Source: an uncultured Verrucomicrobiae bacterium
Lineage (GTDB): Bacteria; Verrucomicrobiota; Verrucomicrobiia; Limisphaerales; Palsa-1400
Assembly: GCA_963702845.1 (NCBI GenBank)
Contig: OY969763.1
Span: 5,760,001-5,824,000, forward strand
Length of the DNA: 64,000 nucleotides
Reading direction: 5' to 3'
In this document: piece by piece, positions 62,380 to 64,000 of the stretch
Layout of the letters: every line of letters begins with the position of its first letter
How positions within the stretch are numbered: position 1 is the first letter of the stretch
Program-made: the position numbers and the translations under genes
Notes under the pieces: model-generated
What the model was told of the DNA's origin: nothing
Databases searched by the model: none
The model's input: the letters and a program-made list of their open reading frames with translations, nothing else

Positions 62380-62790
62380 ATGATCAAAAAACTTCGCGTC
62401 ACCGTTGATGGCAAACCCTACGAGGTAACCGTCGAGCTTTCGGACGAACCTGAATCAACGTCATCCGCACCGCCGCCAGTCGCCGCGCCGCCTCCGGTCA
62501 TTGCCACGCCCGCACCAAAACCTGCCGCTCCACCGCCCGCGCCTGCACCAACCGCTGCAGCTCCAGGCGTCGCTGGCCCGGGTTCCGTCGTTAGTCCGTT
62601 AGCCGGACTGGTTGTGCAAATCGGCGTGACGATCGGTCAACAGGTCAGCGAGGGCGACCGCGTGCTCACATTGGAAGCCATGAAAATGAACACGGGCGTG
62701 AACGCGCCGAAGTCAGGCAAAGTGACAGAAATCAAAGTCGCCGTCGGTGACGCGGTCAGCGAGGGCCAGGTATTAGCCGTCATCTCATGA
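62380..62790 (+). CDS. Biotin carboxyl carrier protein (1.3S-like)
   Basis: KLRVTVDGKPYEVTVE, Pro/Ala linker, EAMKM. Confidence 0.95.
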   Translation: MIKKLRVTVDGKPYEVTVELSDEPESTSSAPPPVAAPPPVIATPAPKPAAPPPAPAPTAAAPGVAGPGSVVSPLAGLVVQIGVTIGQQVSEGDRVLTLEAMKMNTGVNAPKSGKVTEIKVAVGDAVSEGQVLAVIS

Positions 62791-64000
62791 ACCATTTCCC
62801 GAAACTTTCTGCCGCTGAAATCGCGAGCAACATCAAGAACGGCCAAACCGTCGCCTTCAGTGGATTCACCCCGGCCGGAGCCGCCAAAATCGTTCCAAAG
62901 GCAATCGCCGAACACGCCAAACAACTCCATGCTAAAGGCGAAGAGTTTCGGATCGGTGTCATGTCCGGCGCGTCCACAGGTCGATCTCTCGACGGCGCGT
63001 TAGCCCAGGCCGAAGCAGTTTTATTCCGCACGCCCTATCAATCCGACCCCGACCTTCGCAAAAGCATCAACGAAGGCAAAACCGCTTTCTTCGACATGCA
63101 CTTATCGATGATGCCGCAGGCCGTGCGCTATGGATTTCTTGGCCCGGTCCATTGGGCTGTGATCGAGGCGTGCGATGTTACCGATTCTGGCGAGATTACC
63201 TTAACTTCCTCCGTCGGCGCGAGTCCGACGTTTTGTCACAAGGCCGATAAAATCATCATCGAACTCAACCGCTTTCATCCCGAATCACTCCGCGGCTTCC
63301 ACGATATATTCGAACCAGAAGACCCACCCTTCCGAAATCCCATCCCGATTTTCCGGCCCTCTGACCGCATCGGCACGCCCACCGTCAGAGTGGATCCAAA
63401 AAAGATTTTTGCCGTCATTGAAAGCAACGCTGCCGACGAAGCCGGCTCCTTCGGTGAAATCTCACCCATCACACGCAAAATCGGCGAGAACGTCGCCGAC
63501 TTCCTCAGCGGTGAAATGCGACGCGGGCTGATTCCGAAATCCTTTCTCCCGATTCAATCCGGCGTCGGCGACACCGCGAACGCCGTGCTCGACGCTATGG
63601 GGCAGCATCCCGACATTCCATGCTTCGACATGTACACGGAAGTGATTCAGGACGCCGTCATCAAACTCATTAAACAAGAAAAATGCCGCTTTGCCAGCGG
63701 TTGTTCCTTGAGTGTTACCGCCCCGCTGCTCCGCGACATCTACGGCAACCTCGACGAATTCCGTTCCAAGCTCCTCTTGCGCCCGCAGGAAATCACCAAC
63801 AGCCCCGAGCTCGTTCGTCGTCTCGGCATCATTTCCATCAACACGGCCATCGAAGTCGACATCGCCGGCAACGTCAACAGCACGCACGTTCTCGGCAGTC
63901 GCATCATGAACGGCATCGGCGGTTCTGGCGATTTCGCCCGCAACGCCTTCATGTCTATTTTCACATGTCCCTCGACGGCGAAGGACGGAAAAATCAGCAC
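62787..64000 (+). CDS. scpC: Succinate/propionyl-CoA CoA-transferase (acetyl-CoA hydrolase family), truncated by the window end and absent from the ORF track
   Basis: Own translation from the ATG at 62787: MNHFPKLSAAE..FSGFTPAG..GASTG..PYQSD..DMHLS..IQSGVG..YTEVIQD..RPQEITN..NGIGGSGDF. Confidence 0.88.
   Translation, partial: MNHFPKLSAAEIASNIKNGQTVAFSGFTPAGAAKIVPKAIAEHAKQLHAKGEEFRIGVMSGASTGRSLDGALAQAEAVLFRTPYQSDPDLRKSINEGKTAFFDMHLSMMPQAVRYGFLGPVHWAVIEACDVTDSGEITLTSSVGASPTFCHKADKIIIELNRFHPESLRGFHDIFEPEDPPFRNPIPIFRPSDRIGTPTVRVDPKKIFAVIESNAADEAGSFGEISPITRKIGENVADFLSGEMRRGLIPKSFLPIQSGVGDTANAVLDAMGQHPDIPCFDMYTEVIQDAVIKLIKQEKCRFASGCSLSVTAPLLRDIYGNLDEFRSKLLLRPQEITNSPELVRRLGIISINTAIEVDIAGNVNSTHVLGSRIMNGIGGSGDFARNAFMSIFTCPSTAKDGKIS

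Noticed and set aside
60403..62790. Na+-pumping methylmalonyl-CoA or oxaloacetate decarboxylase
   Set aside because: No membrane beta subunit lies in the window and the small subunit lacks a transmembrane anchor. It is not fully excluded because the operon runs past the window end.

Overview
Core-chromosome segment, most likely from a Verrucomicrobiota bacterium (Pedosphaerales/Limisphaerales-like). The assignment is inferred from a PVC-type heme-binding protein, large Ig-repeat secreted proteins and a TIGR02597-like domain. It holds about 48 genes. I saw no rRNA, tRNA, CRISPR array, transposase or prophage. The first 6.3 kb (ilvD, PVC heme protein, clpX, clpP) is riddled with single-base indels that look like long-read errors, and isolated indels also split three later genes. 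In order, the window holds: prpD; a divergent pair of membrane-anchored FNR/2Fe-2S reductase and tetraheme cytochrome, followed by a secreted Cys/His mini-protein; yjbQ-aroD-nucleotidyltransferase; a heparinase II/III-like gene with iscS; a signalling islet (PAS kinase, NarL regulator, stand-alone 80-aa HisKA_3 peptide, REC-GGDEF); a 1691-aa amidase-Ig protein; lnt carrying a nested in-frame REP-like insertion; an RRM gene with a structured leader; a glycan cluster including a TagA-STAS-STAS fusion; an S53 protease; and a Wood-Werkman-type methylmalonyl-CoA/transcarboxylase operon that runs off the end. The best candidates for undescribed biology are the transcarboxylase architecture (5S subunit with its own docking hairpin, plus an extra soluble subunit), the TagA-STAS fusion, the orphan phosphoacceptor peptide and the reductase/cytochrome/Cys-peptide locus.
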